Below, piece after piece: positions 11,501 to 24,172 of a stretch of DNA of 64,000 bases. The notes below the pieces were generated by a model. It was not told the DNA's origin and searched no databases. It saw only the letters and a program-made list of their open reading frames with translations. The DNA is from Camelus ferus. Taxonomy: Eukaryota. Each line of letters begins with the position of its first letter. The stretch's first letter is position 1. Both the position numbers and the translations under genes were made by a program. Location of the stretch: the NCBI RefSeq assembly GCF_009834535.1, contig NC_045696.1, forward strand, positions 21,516,001 to 21,580,000, read 5' to 3'.

Positions 11501-12400
11501 GAAGGAAAGTCTAATAGTAAAAGAAAATAGTGATTAATTTGACTACACTAAAATAGAAAACAATGTCAAATATAGCTTCAATCAATGGAAAAACAAAGCA
11601 AAAATAATATATTTGCAGCATATGTAGTCAAAAATAGAAAAAAAGAAAGACTATACACAGAATATGTAAACTTTTCTTTAAAATCATTAGAAAATATAAC
11701 CCAATAGAAAAGTAGGCATCACTCTTTTAAAAAGAAGTTTTATATAAAATAGTATCCAAATGGACAATTTATAAACATAAGAAAGATGTTCTCAATATGC
11801 ATCTTTGGAAACCAAAGTGAGACATTTCTACACAGTCACCAACATGGCTGAAATGAAGTACTTGGCAATGTTAAATTTCGTTAAGAATGCAAAGCAGCTG
11901 GAAAATGTATATAATGTATATACATAACACATAACCCAACAACCCCTCCTTCTCCTCACCTCCCTTGTCCTGTCTAACCATCTGTAAACACAACAAAAGT
12001 CACCACTGCATTAAGAGTAGAGTGGATTACATGTAAGTATTTATAAGTGTGTGTGTTTTTTTTATTTGGTATATTAAATGTTGAAACAAAACAATAAAAA
12101 TAAACAAAATGGGATGATTCTCACATCCAAAGACAAATACAAAAGAGTACGTACTGCATCAGCCCAATTACATGAATTTCAAAAGGAAGTAAAACTATCC
12201 TCTGGTGTTAGTGTTTACATGGACGATGAGGTGGATGTGATGATTGGAAAGGAAGAGGAATAGAACTTAGGAATGTTAGAAATCTTGCATTTCTGATCTA
12301 TTTGGAATTTACTTGGATGTTTTCTCTCTTACTAATTTCTTGCATAGTACTTATTTTTGCAGTGTTCTGAATATATGATTATTAAATAAAGTTCATTTGG
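8545..12400 (+). mobile_element. Ancient L1 (L1ME-like) ORF2 remnants, fragmented and interrupted by an LTR
   Basis: A-rich sense L1 sequence; endonuclease-region-like text at 8550-9250; decayed RT motif ctgtcattatttgtaggtggcattattgtatat (LFVGGIIVY from LFADDMIVY) near 10671-10703; 3' part to ~12400. Confidence 0.8.
9251..9717 (-). mobile_element. ERVL solo LTR, LTR33-like, inserted in the old L1
   Basis: TG...CA ends with a 5-bp TSD actaa at 9246-9250 and 9718-9722; ttttgtgcaggatagcatatttgggaaattg resembles LTR33; L1 text resumes after it. Confidence 0.6.
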
Positions 12401-12583
12401 TTGTGTTAAAGTCCATTTTTCTAAACACAAGAAAGTTAAAAATAAAACAATCGTGGGAGAGGAAAATATAGTTAGGAAGACAAAAAGATTGATGCTTAGT
12501 CTAAGAAGGACAGGTGCAGAAGTTAAAAAGTAAAGACCTGACTTCACAGAGCAAATACCAAGAAATAGAATGCTTACTTTTCC

Positions 12584-12913
12584 TGTGAAATATTGATAAA
12601 CAGAAGCCTCCATTAAATAGAGTTGGAAGACAGAAAGGCTGAGCGCTTATGCCTATCGACCACAGTAGAGCCCAACAGGAGGGAGAAAGTCTCCTCTTCT
12701 GTCCTTTCTGACAAGGACTCAGCTAATGTAAAGCCATGGACTATCTCTCTACCAACTTCCTTTCCCTCTTTATGTGTTCTCTTTCCCTTGCTGTGCAGGG
12801 ACTTGCACTTGGCTGTCACAGTTGCAGACCCTGAATGGCAATTCTCTGTTAATCCCAAATAAACCCATCTCTGCTGGAGAAATGTATGGCAGTCTACTTA
12901 TTTTAGGTCATCA
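12584..12913 (+). mobile_element. ERV1-type LTR (laurasiatherian/artiodactyl)
   Basis: Ends gttgcagaccctgaatggcaattctctgttaatcccAAATAAAcccatctctgctggagaaat...ttttaggtcatca; 5' boundary uncertain, no TSD seen. Confidence 0.65.
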
Positions 12914-13698
12914 AGTTAAAACTCTATACCGTCCCCTGGCATAATATTGAGCATAATATAGCAGACACAATGCTTTACTTTAATTCCATTATCTTCAAGG
13001 TTGATATTAATAGTTATGTTAAATATGGAAGGCAACTTTTAATCAACATATAGACTCTTGTTTATTACCTGGTTTTTAAATCAAGGTATACACTCTTGCT
13101 TATTACTTAGTTTTAAATGCTTATTTTTTTCTATTGCAATGTATTTAAATCATACATAATTGCATGTTGAAATTTGAACTCAATATAGATTCTGATATAA
13201 CACTAATACATGATACTAGACACAAGCAATTGTGAAATAGATTTCATAGTGATTGATAATATACAGTATCTCTTTGTTCATAGAGTCTTGGAAATTATTG
13301 GCATAACTTTTAAGTATGTATTCCAAAGCCTAGGTTTACATTGTAAAGTGTATGCTTCAGAGAATAAGGTAGCTATGTCTATCATTTCTGATAAGAAATA
13401 TCAATTGTCACTTCAAAAGTCACATTTATAAATCTCAACACTTTAATACATGTTCTCTTGTGTTTGAGGTGCCAGTGTATTAGCAGATCAGTTACTTTCA
13501 TCCAGAAACCCTGCTGCCCAATATCCTCAGGGAACATAAGTAGCGTAGGATTTTAGGAGAACCAAAGGCAACAGAATTATATAGACAAGCATAGGAAAGA
13601 TATGTAATAGCCAAACTACAAAGAATTTGCACACATTAAAACCTCCTGTACATAACAAAGCAGACAAGGGATTATATATATATCTGTATATATACATA

Positions 13699-14034
13699 CA
13701 GTTGTCCCTTGATATCTTTGGGGGATTAAATTGTTCCAGGACCCCAGGGAACACCAAAATCTGCGGATGCTCCACTCCTTTGTATAAAATGGCATACAAC
13801 CATGTACATTCTTCCATATACTTTAAATCATTTCTAGATTACTTGTAATATCTAATACAATGTAAATGTTATACAAGTAGTTGTTAATACAATGTAAATG
13901 CTATGTAAATAATTGCCAGGGCAAGGCAAATTCAAGTTTTGCTTTTTGGAACTTTCTGGAATTTATTTTGCAAATATTTTCAACCCATGGTTGAATCTGT
14001 GGCTACAGAAGCAGAGGATATGGAGGAGCGACTG
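13699..14034 (+). mobile_element. TcMar-Tigger non-autonomous element (MER2/Tigger2a-like)
   Basis: TA then TIR CAGTTGTCCCTTGATATC ... GATATGGAGGAGCGACTG; internal tactttaaatcatttctagattacttg and gcaaattcaagttttgctttttggaac. Confidence 0.9.
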
Positions 14035-14099
14035 CATACATGTATCCACGAATGGTTTAATTTATAATTTAGTTTTACTCTAAGCAATGAAACAATGAG

Positions 14100-14709
14100 T
14101 GGCAGGCAGATTGTGTTGTCGAAAGATCACCATAGCAATACTTCCCATTCAACAGGATGACTGAGGCCATTACCGTAGCACGTAATAGATATTGCTAATT
14201 CCTTTCCTTACATCATTGTGTGTGACTTGCTTGTGACCAAGAGAGTCAGTGGCAGAAGTGGCCGTCAGTGGCAGAAGTGGCCGTCAGTGTCTTCCAGTTA
14301 CAAAAGAGATGAAGCTTCTGCATAGTTCACCAGAACACTAACACTGAAGCCATGAACTATCATGTAGAAAATCTAATGGCTGTAAGACCACCATGCTAGG
14401 AGAAAGGCTGGGTCACATGGAGAGGTCATGGATAGGTGTTTACACTGACAGTCTGGCTGAGATCTAGGCTGAAAGCCAGCAATACCCTCTAGGCATGTGA
14501 GTGAATACCCTTCAGATCATTCTAGCTCCAAGCAGTTGAGCACACCTCGGCTCAAAGTCTTAACTAAAGCTCTAGTCATTGTGGAGCAGACAATCATCTC
14601 CACTGCACTTTCTCTGAATTGTTGACCTTGGAATGGATTATGAAATAATTGTTCTTTTAAGTCACTAAGTTTTAGGATATTCTGATACACAGCAACAGTA
14701 ACTAAAACA
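14100..14709 (+). mobile_element. MaLR LTR, MLT1G-like
   Basis: ccaccatgct...ggagaggtcatgg...gccagca...catgtgagtga...ttcagatcattctagc; ends taagtcactaagttttagg...cagcaacagtaactaaaaca. Confidence 0.75.
14245..14289. repeat. 19-bp perfect tandem duplication
   Basis: gtcagtggcagaagtggcc twice plus gtcagtg. Confidence 0.95.
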
Positions 14710-14904
14710 ACAAACACTTATTAACAAACTCTATTTGAAAATTATTCGTGAGAACCTGTGACTTAACTCTAGCTATCTTCAGGTGAGCCAATAAGAGTTT
14801 AACGTCATTTCAGTGTGATAGCTATTTTTTGCTAGTGACTATTTGTTATGAGTTCAACCAGCTCCCAGTGAACAGTTTTATGTGTTAAAAATCTCATAAA
14901 ATGG

Positions 14905-15248
14905 CAATATGGAGCTAATATCTAAAAAACAAAAACAAAAACAAACAAACAAACAAAAACAAAGCGTAAATAAAGGACAGATATAGACTCACAGACAGAG
15001 AATACAGACTTGTGGTTACCAGGGGGGTGGAGGGTGGGAAGGGATAGACTGGGATTTCAAAATTGTAGAATAGACTACTCTGTATAGCACAGGGAAATAT
15101 ACACAAAATGTTATGATAACTCACAGAGAAAAAAATGTGACAATGAGTGTGTATATGTCCATGAATAACTGAAAAATTGTGCTGAACACTGGAATTTGAC
15201 ACAACATTGTAAAATGATTATAAATCAATAAAAAATGTTTAAAAAAAA
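14905..15248 (+). mobile_element. Young camelid L1 3' UTR, 5'-truncated
   Basis: agactcacagacagagaatacagacttgtggttaccagg...gggtgggaagggatagactggga...gacacaacattgtaaaatgattataaatcAATAAA plus A tail. Confidence 0.9.
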
Positions 15249-16051
15249 CTGTTAAAAAATCAACTAAAAAGCAAATACATTTAAAAGAGTATTATAAGCT
15301 AAAATATTTGAAATTACATACATATCTGTATTTCATGTTATTACTAAATGATCGATTTTTACTTTGAAGAAGACACAAAAAACTGACAAATGCCATTATC
15401 AGAATACATTTTAGTTTTAATTGACCATTTAAAACCAGTTGTTCTGTATGTTCTGTATGAAGAATTTGTTTTTTCCTTATATAATGATAAATATCTGATC
15501 GTAATAAAAGTTCTTCATGCTTTAAAGGACAGTTAAGTACAGTCACAATCATATGTAGAATACAGTCTTCTTATTTATAAAGGCAAAGCTGGTGTTTTAG
15601 CTTGTTAGGTTTTAACGTTATTATTGCTGTAATTTTATCTTAATGTTTATAATAATATATAGATACACATATATCCTTATTTTGATAATAATATATAATA
15701 AATTATCCTAATTTAAAAAAAAAAGAAATTTAAAAACTGAACATGAGTGAGGAAGGAATTACACTTGAGAAGGAACACATTTTTCCTGATTAGCTTGGAA
15801 TGATTTTACCAACTCCAGAGATACAAAAGTAAGAAATCTGATTTTTAATCTAGATAAATGTATATCAGTATAATCTGTTTCTTTTTAAAAAGTGTAAAAA
15901 TACTGAACTGAGGATAAAAGAATTTGTAGATTTAGTTTGTATGGTATAGACTAAAAATTATACCTAGACAATAATTTACTTGCCAAGCCACAATCATCAT
16001 TTTTCTCCAAAAAAACTCTAAAAACTACTTTAATATACACTCAAATTATCT

Positions 16052-16414
16052 ATGTGAGGTGATACCTCATTTTGGTTTTGATATACATTTCCCTGATGAT
16101 TAGTGATCTTGAGCACCTTTTCATGTATCTTTTGGCCATTTGTATGTCTTCTTTGGAAAAGAATTTCTATTCATTTCTCTCTGCCCATTTTTTAAATGGG
16201 TTGACAGGTGTTTTTTTGTGGAGGTTTTTTGGGGTTTTTTTTTTTGTTTTTTTTTGTTGTTGTTGTTGCTATTGGGTTGTATGAGTTCTTTATATATTTT
16301 GGATATTAACCACTTGTCAGATATATGATGTGTAAATATTTTAAGTTGTCCTTCCTTTCTGTTGATGATTTCCTTTGCTGTGCAAAGCTTTTTAGTTTGA
16401 CGTAGTCCCATTTG
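16052..16414 (-). mobile_element. L1 ORF2 3' fragment
   Basis: tgtgaggtgatacctcattttggttttg...gagcaccttttcatgtatcttttggccatttgtatgtcttctttggaaaa; ORF 16121-16411 gives L1-like LCTAKEIINR and HISDKWLISKIYKELIQ. Confidence 0.9.
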
Positions 16415-17299
16415 ATGACTCTCCTCTTAAGAACTGCTGAAGCATAATGACAATTGTATATAATGACTTTTAATTTTACCCACATCACTCATCAGTTAAG
16501 ACCTCCAGTTTATGTGCTACCATATTTATTTTGTTTTCTTTTTGGTGGTGTTGTCTGTGTTCTAGACTGCTAAATTTAGAAAGTGTGTGCTACAGGTTAT
16601 TGTCTCTGTGCAATATTGCATGAGATCCGGGGACACCTTTTATTATTTCCTTCCTGAGTCAGTGTTAGTCTCCTTTGGTGGTTTCAATAACTTCTTGGCA
16701 CTCTGCAGTAATTGTGGCAGCTGGTTCTCTTTTGCTTTTCTCTGTTAAGATAATTACTTTACAGGAATTTAACGCATTGTAAAAAATGTCTGATGACCCC
16801 ATTGATATGCCCTTTCACAGTAGTTTATAAAAACACATATTATGCAAAATTTGCAACAGGTCAATTCTATTCTTATGTAATCATGCCACTGTACTGATAT
16901 ATGGAAAACCTTTATACTCTCATCTGACATGGGAAACTTTTATTATCCACTGATATGTAGGGAGCCTTTATGTTACCCATTAGCTAAAAGAAAACGTTAA
17001 TTTCTAGAGTTTTTTTTTTCCCCTTCATTAGTAAACTTGTTATAGAATTACATAGAAACAAGGAATTAAATTTATTCATACTCAAGGAGCCAGTGTTATT
17101 TTACAAGATGAAATATCACTAAATTCTACTGCTGGGGGAAAGGAAACTTCTAACATTGGAAAAAGAAGAGAATTGGCATGCCTTTTTAAAAATTTTACTT
17201 TTCAACGTAATGATTATCAATTTGTTTCTAATTAGGTTGCCTAAAATAGGATTAAAGTGCACATAACCTGAAAAAAGAAAAAGAACACTGTTCTTGTGC

Positions 17300-18580
17300 A
17301 ATTTTAAACATTAAAGTATATTAAAAACAAAAATAATCTTAAGTTTAAATATAAACTTTACCTCAGGAAATATGGATATAATAAAATGACTAGCAAGAAA
17401 GAACTTACGAAGAAATAAGTCAAAATACATGAATTAGAGAAAAAAAGCACAATGAAGAGCTCTTTAGGAACAAAATATTACACAAACCACTATTAAATTC
17501 AAACAAGAGAAAATACAAAAGTCATAAAAAGAAAAATGTTTATTAGAAAAACAATATACTAAGATAGCATAGCAAAATCATCTTGAAAAGAAGAAAAAAA
17601 ATTGAGGGAACTGTACCATTACAAACATTGCAAAGATGTTCAAGAATAACTGCCACAAAAGTTATGCAATCAATATTTTGTTTCATTTTGTTTTACATTT
17701 TCTATCAGAAAAATCACCCCAAAATAAATTTGCAAACTATGTTAAGAACATAAACAACAGTTTGGAAAATTTCCCAGGTCATTTTATTAGGTTATCAAAA
17801 TCATACCTCCAAAACCTTATAATAGTACAGACCAGATAGCTTCAATGAATACAAATGAGTAAATGTCACACAATATATTTTTAAATGTACCTATTAATCC
17901 CAAACTCCTAATTTATTAAAAGATATATTTTTTCAAATATATTGTAATAATATATAAGGCAAAATGATCTGAAAATAAAAAATATATATTTATGAATACA
18001 TATAACTGAATCTCTTTGCTATACAACTGAAACTAGCATTGTAAATCAACTACACTTCAATAAAAAATAAAATTAAAAAAGATTTATCTTTAGTGTTGTA
18101 GATAACGTTATCCTTAACAAAGATGATTTTTTTCTAGAAATAAAAATATAGTTTAATATTGGAAAACTACTTCTGTAGTTTATCATGCTAATCTAAAAGA
18201 AAAAAATCAAATAGATAAAACACCTCAAGAAGAAAAATGTAAGGCATTTTTTAAGAATTCAACATCAGTTCTTACATGTTAAATTATTAAGTGGGAAAAA
18301 TAAAGATATTGTCTTTATAAGATACTGAGTAATTATTGTGATTAATCAAAAAGATTAAAATATCCATAAAATTAAAATATCCAGACATTTGCTTAAGAAT
18401 AGAGATGCTTTATATAAGGGACTAAAATAAAAGAACGAAATTAAATCTTGAATAAACAAAGAGAAGCATCAAGTGAGATGAATGGCAACTGTCAGTAATC
18501 CAAAATCCATCTATAAATTGATCTTAAGATCATCATCTTCAGCTTGTACCAAAATAAATTCTAAATGAACAAAAATTTAA
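17300..18580 (+). mobile_element. Highly decayed old L1 ORF2 fragments
   Basis: A-rich L1-like text (e.g. atagtttaatattggaaaactac, aaggcattttttaagaattcaacatc); boundaries approximate. Confidence 0.5.
17925..18080 (+). mobile_element. Artiodactyl L1 3' tail (L1_Art-like)
   Basis: ataactgaatctctttgctatacaactgaaact...attgtaaatcaactacacttcaataaaaaataaa. Confidence 0.85.
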
Positions 18581-18584
18581 TTAT

Positions 18585-18900
18585 GGGTTTTCACTAACGG
18601 CCATGATGGAGTAACAAGGATTAGAAATAATGGCCCCTGTAAACAAGAAAACTACAAAATATGTGACACAACTGGCCTCTGACCTTGTACACCAGCAGCG
18701 TGAGGCTGGGATTCCTAGGAAGGAAAATCAGTGAGGAGACCCCGGTGTTACTGCAGCCTTCTGCCAGCAGGTGATCGCTGGTCCTCAGGTACAGGGGAAC
18801 TGCACAAATCTAACAAAATAAGGAAAAAAGAGTTGTAAAGCTAACCATTCCCAGAGCTTGCACAGAATAGAAGACATTTGAATTCAGGACAGAGTGAAGA
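18585..18900 (+). mobile_element. Old L1M 5'-end fragment (likely continues ~20030-21180)
   Basis: ggccatgatggagtaacaagg...aaaatatgtgacacaactgg resembles L1MD-type 5' ends. Confidence 0.55.
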
Positions 18901-19885
18901 GTGATCATATTATAATACTTTTTCCCAAAGAAAGAATTCTCTGTTTTCATATTTCTCTCTCTCTCTTTTTTTTTTTTTTTTTTTTTGATGTCTTCTCATT
19001 TATTTATTTTGACTAAATTCACACAATTTGGATTTGCCTCCACGGCTTAGAGACTCAGATAATTTATCTTGTCAGCATCACCTATGCACAAACTGACTGA
19101 AAAGAAAAATAAATCCCAAACTCTTTCCACTGGAACATTGTGACTGTTAAATAAAATATTTCCCCTTTCTGATGATGGCCATTCAGATAGTTCCTTTGTT
19201 ATAGAAGCTCTTATATCAGGGCAAAAGCCTAGGTTTATATTCATGATGAGGAGAAAGGAGAACAAAATCCAGCTTTGTGTGTGCATGTCTGTCTTTCTGT
19301 TAGTAGAAGTGCTAAAACCAGCCACTCTGCTACTGTATTCATGAAGTGGAGATTGGTTTTTCAAAAGTGCTATGTATTCACACAGAGTAACTTTAGTCAA
19401 GATAAAAAGGCTCTGTGAATACTGACTTTCAAAAGCGCTCAAGATTTAAAGTGAAAAATGGAATTTACAAATATCATCTTTAACATGAAACCAAATGTAA
19501 GAGAAACTTTATTTTCGTATATTTATACTCCAAAAGATTAACAGGAAAGATTATACGTGATGATCACTTTTTTTCTCCGTGCATCCCTATTTTATTTTAG
19601 ATCTTTATATTATGTACCTAACCATCTTTATATTTATTATATAAAAAAGTGTTAGTGGTACACTACCATTATCAGTTCACATCATTCCTTGATACAAGAA
19701 CCGAAGTGAATCACATACCTATATACAACCTCCTCTCTTTCTTCCCAAAATTATCCACTCTAGTGTGTCTATTCCCCAATTATTTTGTGTAGTATTGTTT
19801 TCTAGATTTTACAGAGTCTCAAAGCATATCAGCATTCCTACCAGGGAAAATCCAGAGGCCAGATTTGAGATATGTAGGAGTAGGG

Positions 19886-19886
<1 letters not shown>

Positions 19887-19917
<31 letters not shown>
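19887..19917 (+). repeat. (TG)n microsatellite
   Basis: About 15 TG units, read directly. Confidence 0.97.
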
Positions 19918-19920
<3 letters not shown>

Positions 19921-20221
19921 TGTGCGCGCATGTACACAAGCAAATGCACATTAGGGCACCAATTAGCCAAACGGGATGTGAAGGGCCAGGATCCCATAAA
20001 GAAGGAACTATGGTGGGATAAGCAGATATTCTGCTCATACTTTCTCCTCAAGAGTGTTTCCTATTCTTCCCAGAGACAGGGTAGAAGTCAAAAATTCAAA
20101 CAGAGGGCCTGAACATAAAGCTACTATGAAGTGACAGAAAACCCACCAGAAAATCGGCAATTTCATGGGACTTAGATGAGAAAAATTGCAATTCAGAGCT
20201 GTGGAAGCAGCCAGGATTTCA

Positions 20222-20597
20222 GGAGGGTGAATTGTGTTCCGCCAATATTAATACATTGAAATCTTAACCCTCAGGGTATGACTGTTTGGAGATAGAACCC
20301 TACGACAGGTATTTAAGGTAAAATAAGGTATCTCAGTGGGCCCTACTCCCATATGACTGGTGTCCTTATAGGAAGAGGAGATGAGGTCACAGACAAAGGG
20401 AAGACCATGTGAAGACAAGGAAAAGAAGTCAGCCACTTACAGGCCTAGGAAAGAGGCCTCAGAAAAAGACTAATTCCCCCAGCACTTAGATCCTGGGCTT
20501 CTGGCCTCCAGAACGGTGAGGAAACACATTGCTGTGGATGAAGCCACCCAGGCCCAGCCTGTGGTCCTTTGTTATGGCAGCCCTAGGAACTAATACA
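20222..20597 (+). mobile_element. MaLR LTR, MLT1B-like
   Basis: gtgaattgtgttcc...atatgactggtgtccttataggaagaggag...ggcctccagaacggtgag...ttgttatggcagccctaggaactaataca. Confidence 0.9.
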
Positions 20598-21255
20598 GAT
20601 TGCAAAGAGAGGGAAAACAGAAATTTCAGCCCAGTGCTGTGCTGGCTTTTCCCTCAATGCATTGGGTCCAATTTTTGAACTGCAAGGATACACAAAAGGG
20701 AAGCACAGCAGGAATTTGGTGATGGGTGGAGTAAATATAGCAGGAGCCTCATGGTGTGAAGGAAGCAGTACTGGACTTCATACCTTCCAGGATCTCAATT
20801 AGGAATCTCAGAGGACCATACCCTAGGATCTGTTACCAACTAGATGGGAAAAGCTCAACCAAAACAATAACCCAGGCTTAAATCAGCTCTGGCTCAGATC
20901 ATAAAAAAGTGACGTATCAATTTTTTTCTGCTCACACAGAGTAAAGTGAGCTCTCTCTGGTGGGAGATGATGTTATCCATTTCCTCTGTAATTTGCCTTA
21001 CATACTGTTAGCCATATAAACCATTATTTCCAAGCATAGGAAGAAAGAAGACAAAGAAAACTTACACCCTGGAAACAGACCCACAGATGATTTACACGTA
21101 GGAGCTATTAAAGATGACTTTAAAATTGTGCTGGTTAACATGATGAAGAAAATAGAGAGGGAGATGTGTAGAAGTGACTAGATTTTGGGTAATTTTTAGG
21201 TGTGGAGACCAAAAATTTCCTATCCAATGGATGTAGATTTTAAGGGAAATATGGA

Positions 21256-21594
21256 TGTTGTAGATAGAATGTTTGTGTCTAAGATTCATATGTTGAAATC
21301 CCAACCCCCAGTGTAATGATGGGCCTTTGGAAGGTAATTTGGTCATGAAAGGAAGTCACCTTATTAGTGTCCTTATTAAAGAGACCCTGGGGAGCTCCCT
21401 TCCCTGTCTGCCCTGTAAGGACATTGTGAGAAGAGGGTCGTCTATGAACCAAGAAATGGGCCCCCAACAGACACAGAATTTGCAGTGGCCTTGATCTTGG
21501 ACTTCCTAGCCTCTAAAACCACGAGAAATAAATGTTTATTTTACGTCACCCAGTCTGTGGTATTTTTGTTACAGCAGCCCAACACACTAAGAAA
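21256..21594 (+). mobile_element. MaLR LTR, MLT1A-like
   Basis: gaatgtttgtgtc...attcatatgttgaaatcc...gccttgatcttggacttcctagcctc...gtggtatttttgttacagcagccc...ctaaga. Confidence 0.9.
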
Positions 21595-21624
21595 ACAAAA
21601 GTTGAAAATGATAGATTTCAAGTT

Positions 21625-22537
21625 CTTTCTGATATCAAATGTGTGATGCCTTTTATAATAACAGTTCTTCGACATCAACTTCATATCCAGTAATTCAATT
21701 TGATTAGTGCAAACTTCACAAGTTAAGGGCCCACTTTCACAGGACTGACCCCACGTCACATGCCTGTCACAAGTCCCAGGACCAGTCCCCATATCTGACC
21801 AGCTGGCTATAAGTCAGGGGTTCCCACAGCTCCCTCCTCAGGTTTGATAATTCAATAGAAAGTTCACAAAGCTCAGGGAAACACTTCACTAATGAGTATC
21901 TGTTTATTATAAAGGATACAGCTCAGGAACAGCCTAGTAGAAGAGGGAATGGGGCAGGGCCTGGAAGGAGGGTATGTGGAGCCTCTGAGCCCTCTACCAG
22001 CATGCCACCCTCCAGAACTTGACTGTGCTCACCACCTGGAGCCTCTCAAAGCTTAGCCTGGGCTGTTCTATGGAGATTTGATTAAGTAGGCATTGGCCAT
22101 CAGTGATTGAATTCATTTTCCAGCCCCTTGTCCCTCCTAAAAGATTGTGGCCAGGGCTGAAAGTAGCTTTAATCACCTGGTTGATTTTACTGGTGACCGT
22201 CCCTGTCCTGAAGGTATCTAGACATCAGCCTGTCGCCTCATTAGCATTAACTCAGGTATAATTAATAGAAAGGCATTCTTTTTTTTAAATTGTAGTACAG
22301 TCAGTTTACAATGTTATGTCAATTTCTGGTGTACAACATAATGTTTCTGTCATACATATATATGTATATATTTGTTCTCTTTTTTTCATTGTAGGTTACT
22401 ACAAGATATTGAATATATTGAAAGGCATTCTTTATAAAAACAAAAGACATGCCTATCACTCAGAAAATTCCAAGGATTTTAGGAACTCTGCGCCAGGAAC
22501 TGGGGATAATATCAAACATACTTTCTATTGTACCTAC
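21625..22537 (-). mobile_element. MER21-type LTR, interrupted by a short L1 tail
   Basis: tctgaccagctggctataagtcaggggttcccacagctccctcctcaggtttgataatt; aattccaaggattttaggaactctgcgccaggaactgggg. Confidence 0.85.
22282..22419 (-). mobile_element. Camelid L1 extreme 3' end (~138 bp) with TSD
   Basis: cagtcagtttacaatgttatgtcaatttctggtgtacaac...ggttactacaagatattgaata; 14-bp TSD gaaaggcattcttt at 22268-22281 and 22420-22433. Confidence 0.9.
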
Positions 22538-22539
22538 GT

Positions 22540-22700
22540 AAGATTTTTGGCCTGAACACCCGAAAGGATGAAATTGCTATTAGCTGAAAATGGGAAAACT
22601 TCAGATAACTCAGTTTTGAAGGGAAACAATAGTTTAGTTTCAAACATGTTAAATTTAAAGCGGCAAGTAGTTTTCCAAGAAGAAACGTTGAGTGGTTATG
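22540..22700 (-). mobile_element. L2 fragment
   Basis: tttttggcctgaacacccgaaaggatgaaattgctattagctgaaaatgggaaaac...tttagttttcaaacatgttaaattt. Confidence 0.7.
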
Positions 22701-23377
22701 TCACGAACCATAAACTAAATTAAAATTCAATAAAATATTGCCACCATTACTAACATAAATTGTAATCATATTTTATTTAAAATGAGCTCACACTAATAAA
22801 TAAGAAAAACGCCAAAATTACAATATAAAAATATGCATATGGTATGCCACTAATTATAGAAGAAACAAAAAAGCCTAATCAGCCTGTTACATGCCTCAGT
22901 ATTTAACACGTCAAATTAAATAAAATGTGGTTTTGTTTCTAAAGAGATATGAAATTAGTGTTAATATTGGCAAAGTGAGACAATTACAGTAATAGCGTTG
23001 ATGGAGAATGTGTATTGTCATCTGTAGTATTAATATAGATTTTTCTGGAGAGAAACTCAGGATATTGAAGACCTAAAATATATTCATTCCCTTGTAACTT
23101 GTAATAGTAACTTGTTTTATACTTTTATCCTAAGAAAATAAGGCTTTTATAGGAACTACATATGGAGCACTATGATTTATTTTTTCTTTCTTCTAAATGA
23201 CCTATTAGGGTGGAAAGAAACAATAATTATCTTCAGTACAAGAACACGTCTGCCTCTTTTTTCTTTGCTTGGGATTCATTAAATGTTGTCTAAATCAATT
23301 GGAATTTACTAAAATCCTATGCTTCAAATACAATGTCTGGAGTAAATAAATGCTTCCTGACTGTGAAGAAACAATTT

Positions 23378-24172
23378 CCCTAGTTTCCTAGAGGCATCAT
23401 AGCAAATTACCACAGACTTGGTGGCTTGAAACAACTGAAGTTTATTCTCTCACTGTTCAGGAGCCTGGAAGTCTGAAATCTTATCAGCCGGGTTGGTTCC
23501 TTCCAAGTCTCTTGAGACAAACTGTCCTATGCCTCTGTTAAAAGATAAACTGAAGATTATTAAATTTCAAAAAGTTTATTTGAGCAAGAGTCTATTTCAG
23601 ACAGTGCCAAACCGGAAGTAATTAGGAGCCCTCCACCAACAGGAGCTAGGGGCAAGAGTTTTGTATCGGGAATTCACAAAGGCAACACAAGGAAATTGAC
23701 CGACTATAGCTTAACTGGTGCCTTATTTGGGAAAGCATAGTTGCAGTTTGTGGCTGGTTGTCTTTAAGTTTTGATTTCTTAACCCTGAGGCATTTATAGG
23801 CTTAGGTTTTGGTTTGCTTATTTCAGCCACTAAGGCTTTAGAACTAGCTCAGCCTAATGGTCTTCTTGTTTAATTTAAGACCTCTCTCTTAGCTTTTGGT
23901 GGCTGGCAGGCAATCCTGAACACTCTTTAACTTGTACGTGCATCACTCCAACCTTCTTCTCCATCTTTGCATGGGCCTTTTTTTCTGTGTGTGTGTGTGT
24001 GTGTGTGTCTTCACATGGCCTTCTTGTAAGGACACCGGTCATTGGATTCAAGGCCCACTGCAATAGCATATGACCTCATCAGAGCCTAATTAATTACCTC
24101 TGCAAATACCCTATTTCCAAAGAGGGTCACTTTCTGAAATTCCAGGTGAGCATGAGTTTTGAGGGTACACTA
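23378..24172 (-). mobile_element. MaLR LTR, MLT1C-like, split by an ERV1 LTR
   Basis: tagtttcctag...aaattaccacagacttggtggcttgaaacaac...tcttgtaaggacaccggtcattggatt...tctgcaaataccctatttccaaa; contains (TG)n at 23986-24008. Confidence 0.85.
23536..23880 (-). mobile_element. ERV1 solo LTR, MER93/MER57-like
   Basis: Starts tgttaaaag and ends tttaaga (for tttaaca); 4-bp TSD cctc at 23532-23535 and 23881-23884; minus-strand AATAAA near 23575. Confidence 0.8.

Noticed and set aside
19047..19442. 131-aa minus-strand ORF in unique DNA
   Set aside because: No recognisable domain or splice context; the length is compatible with chance in 64 kb.
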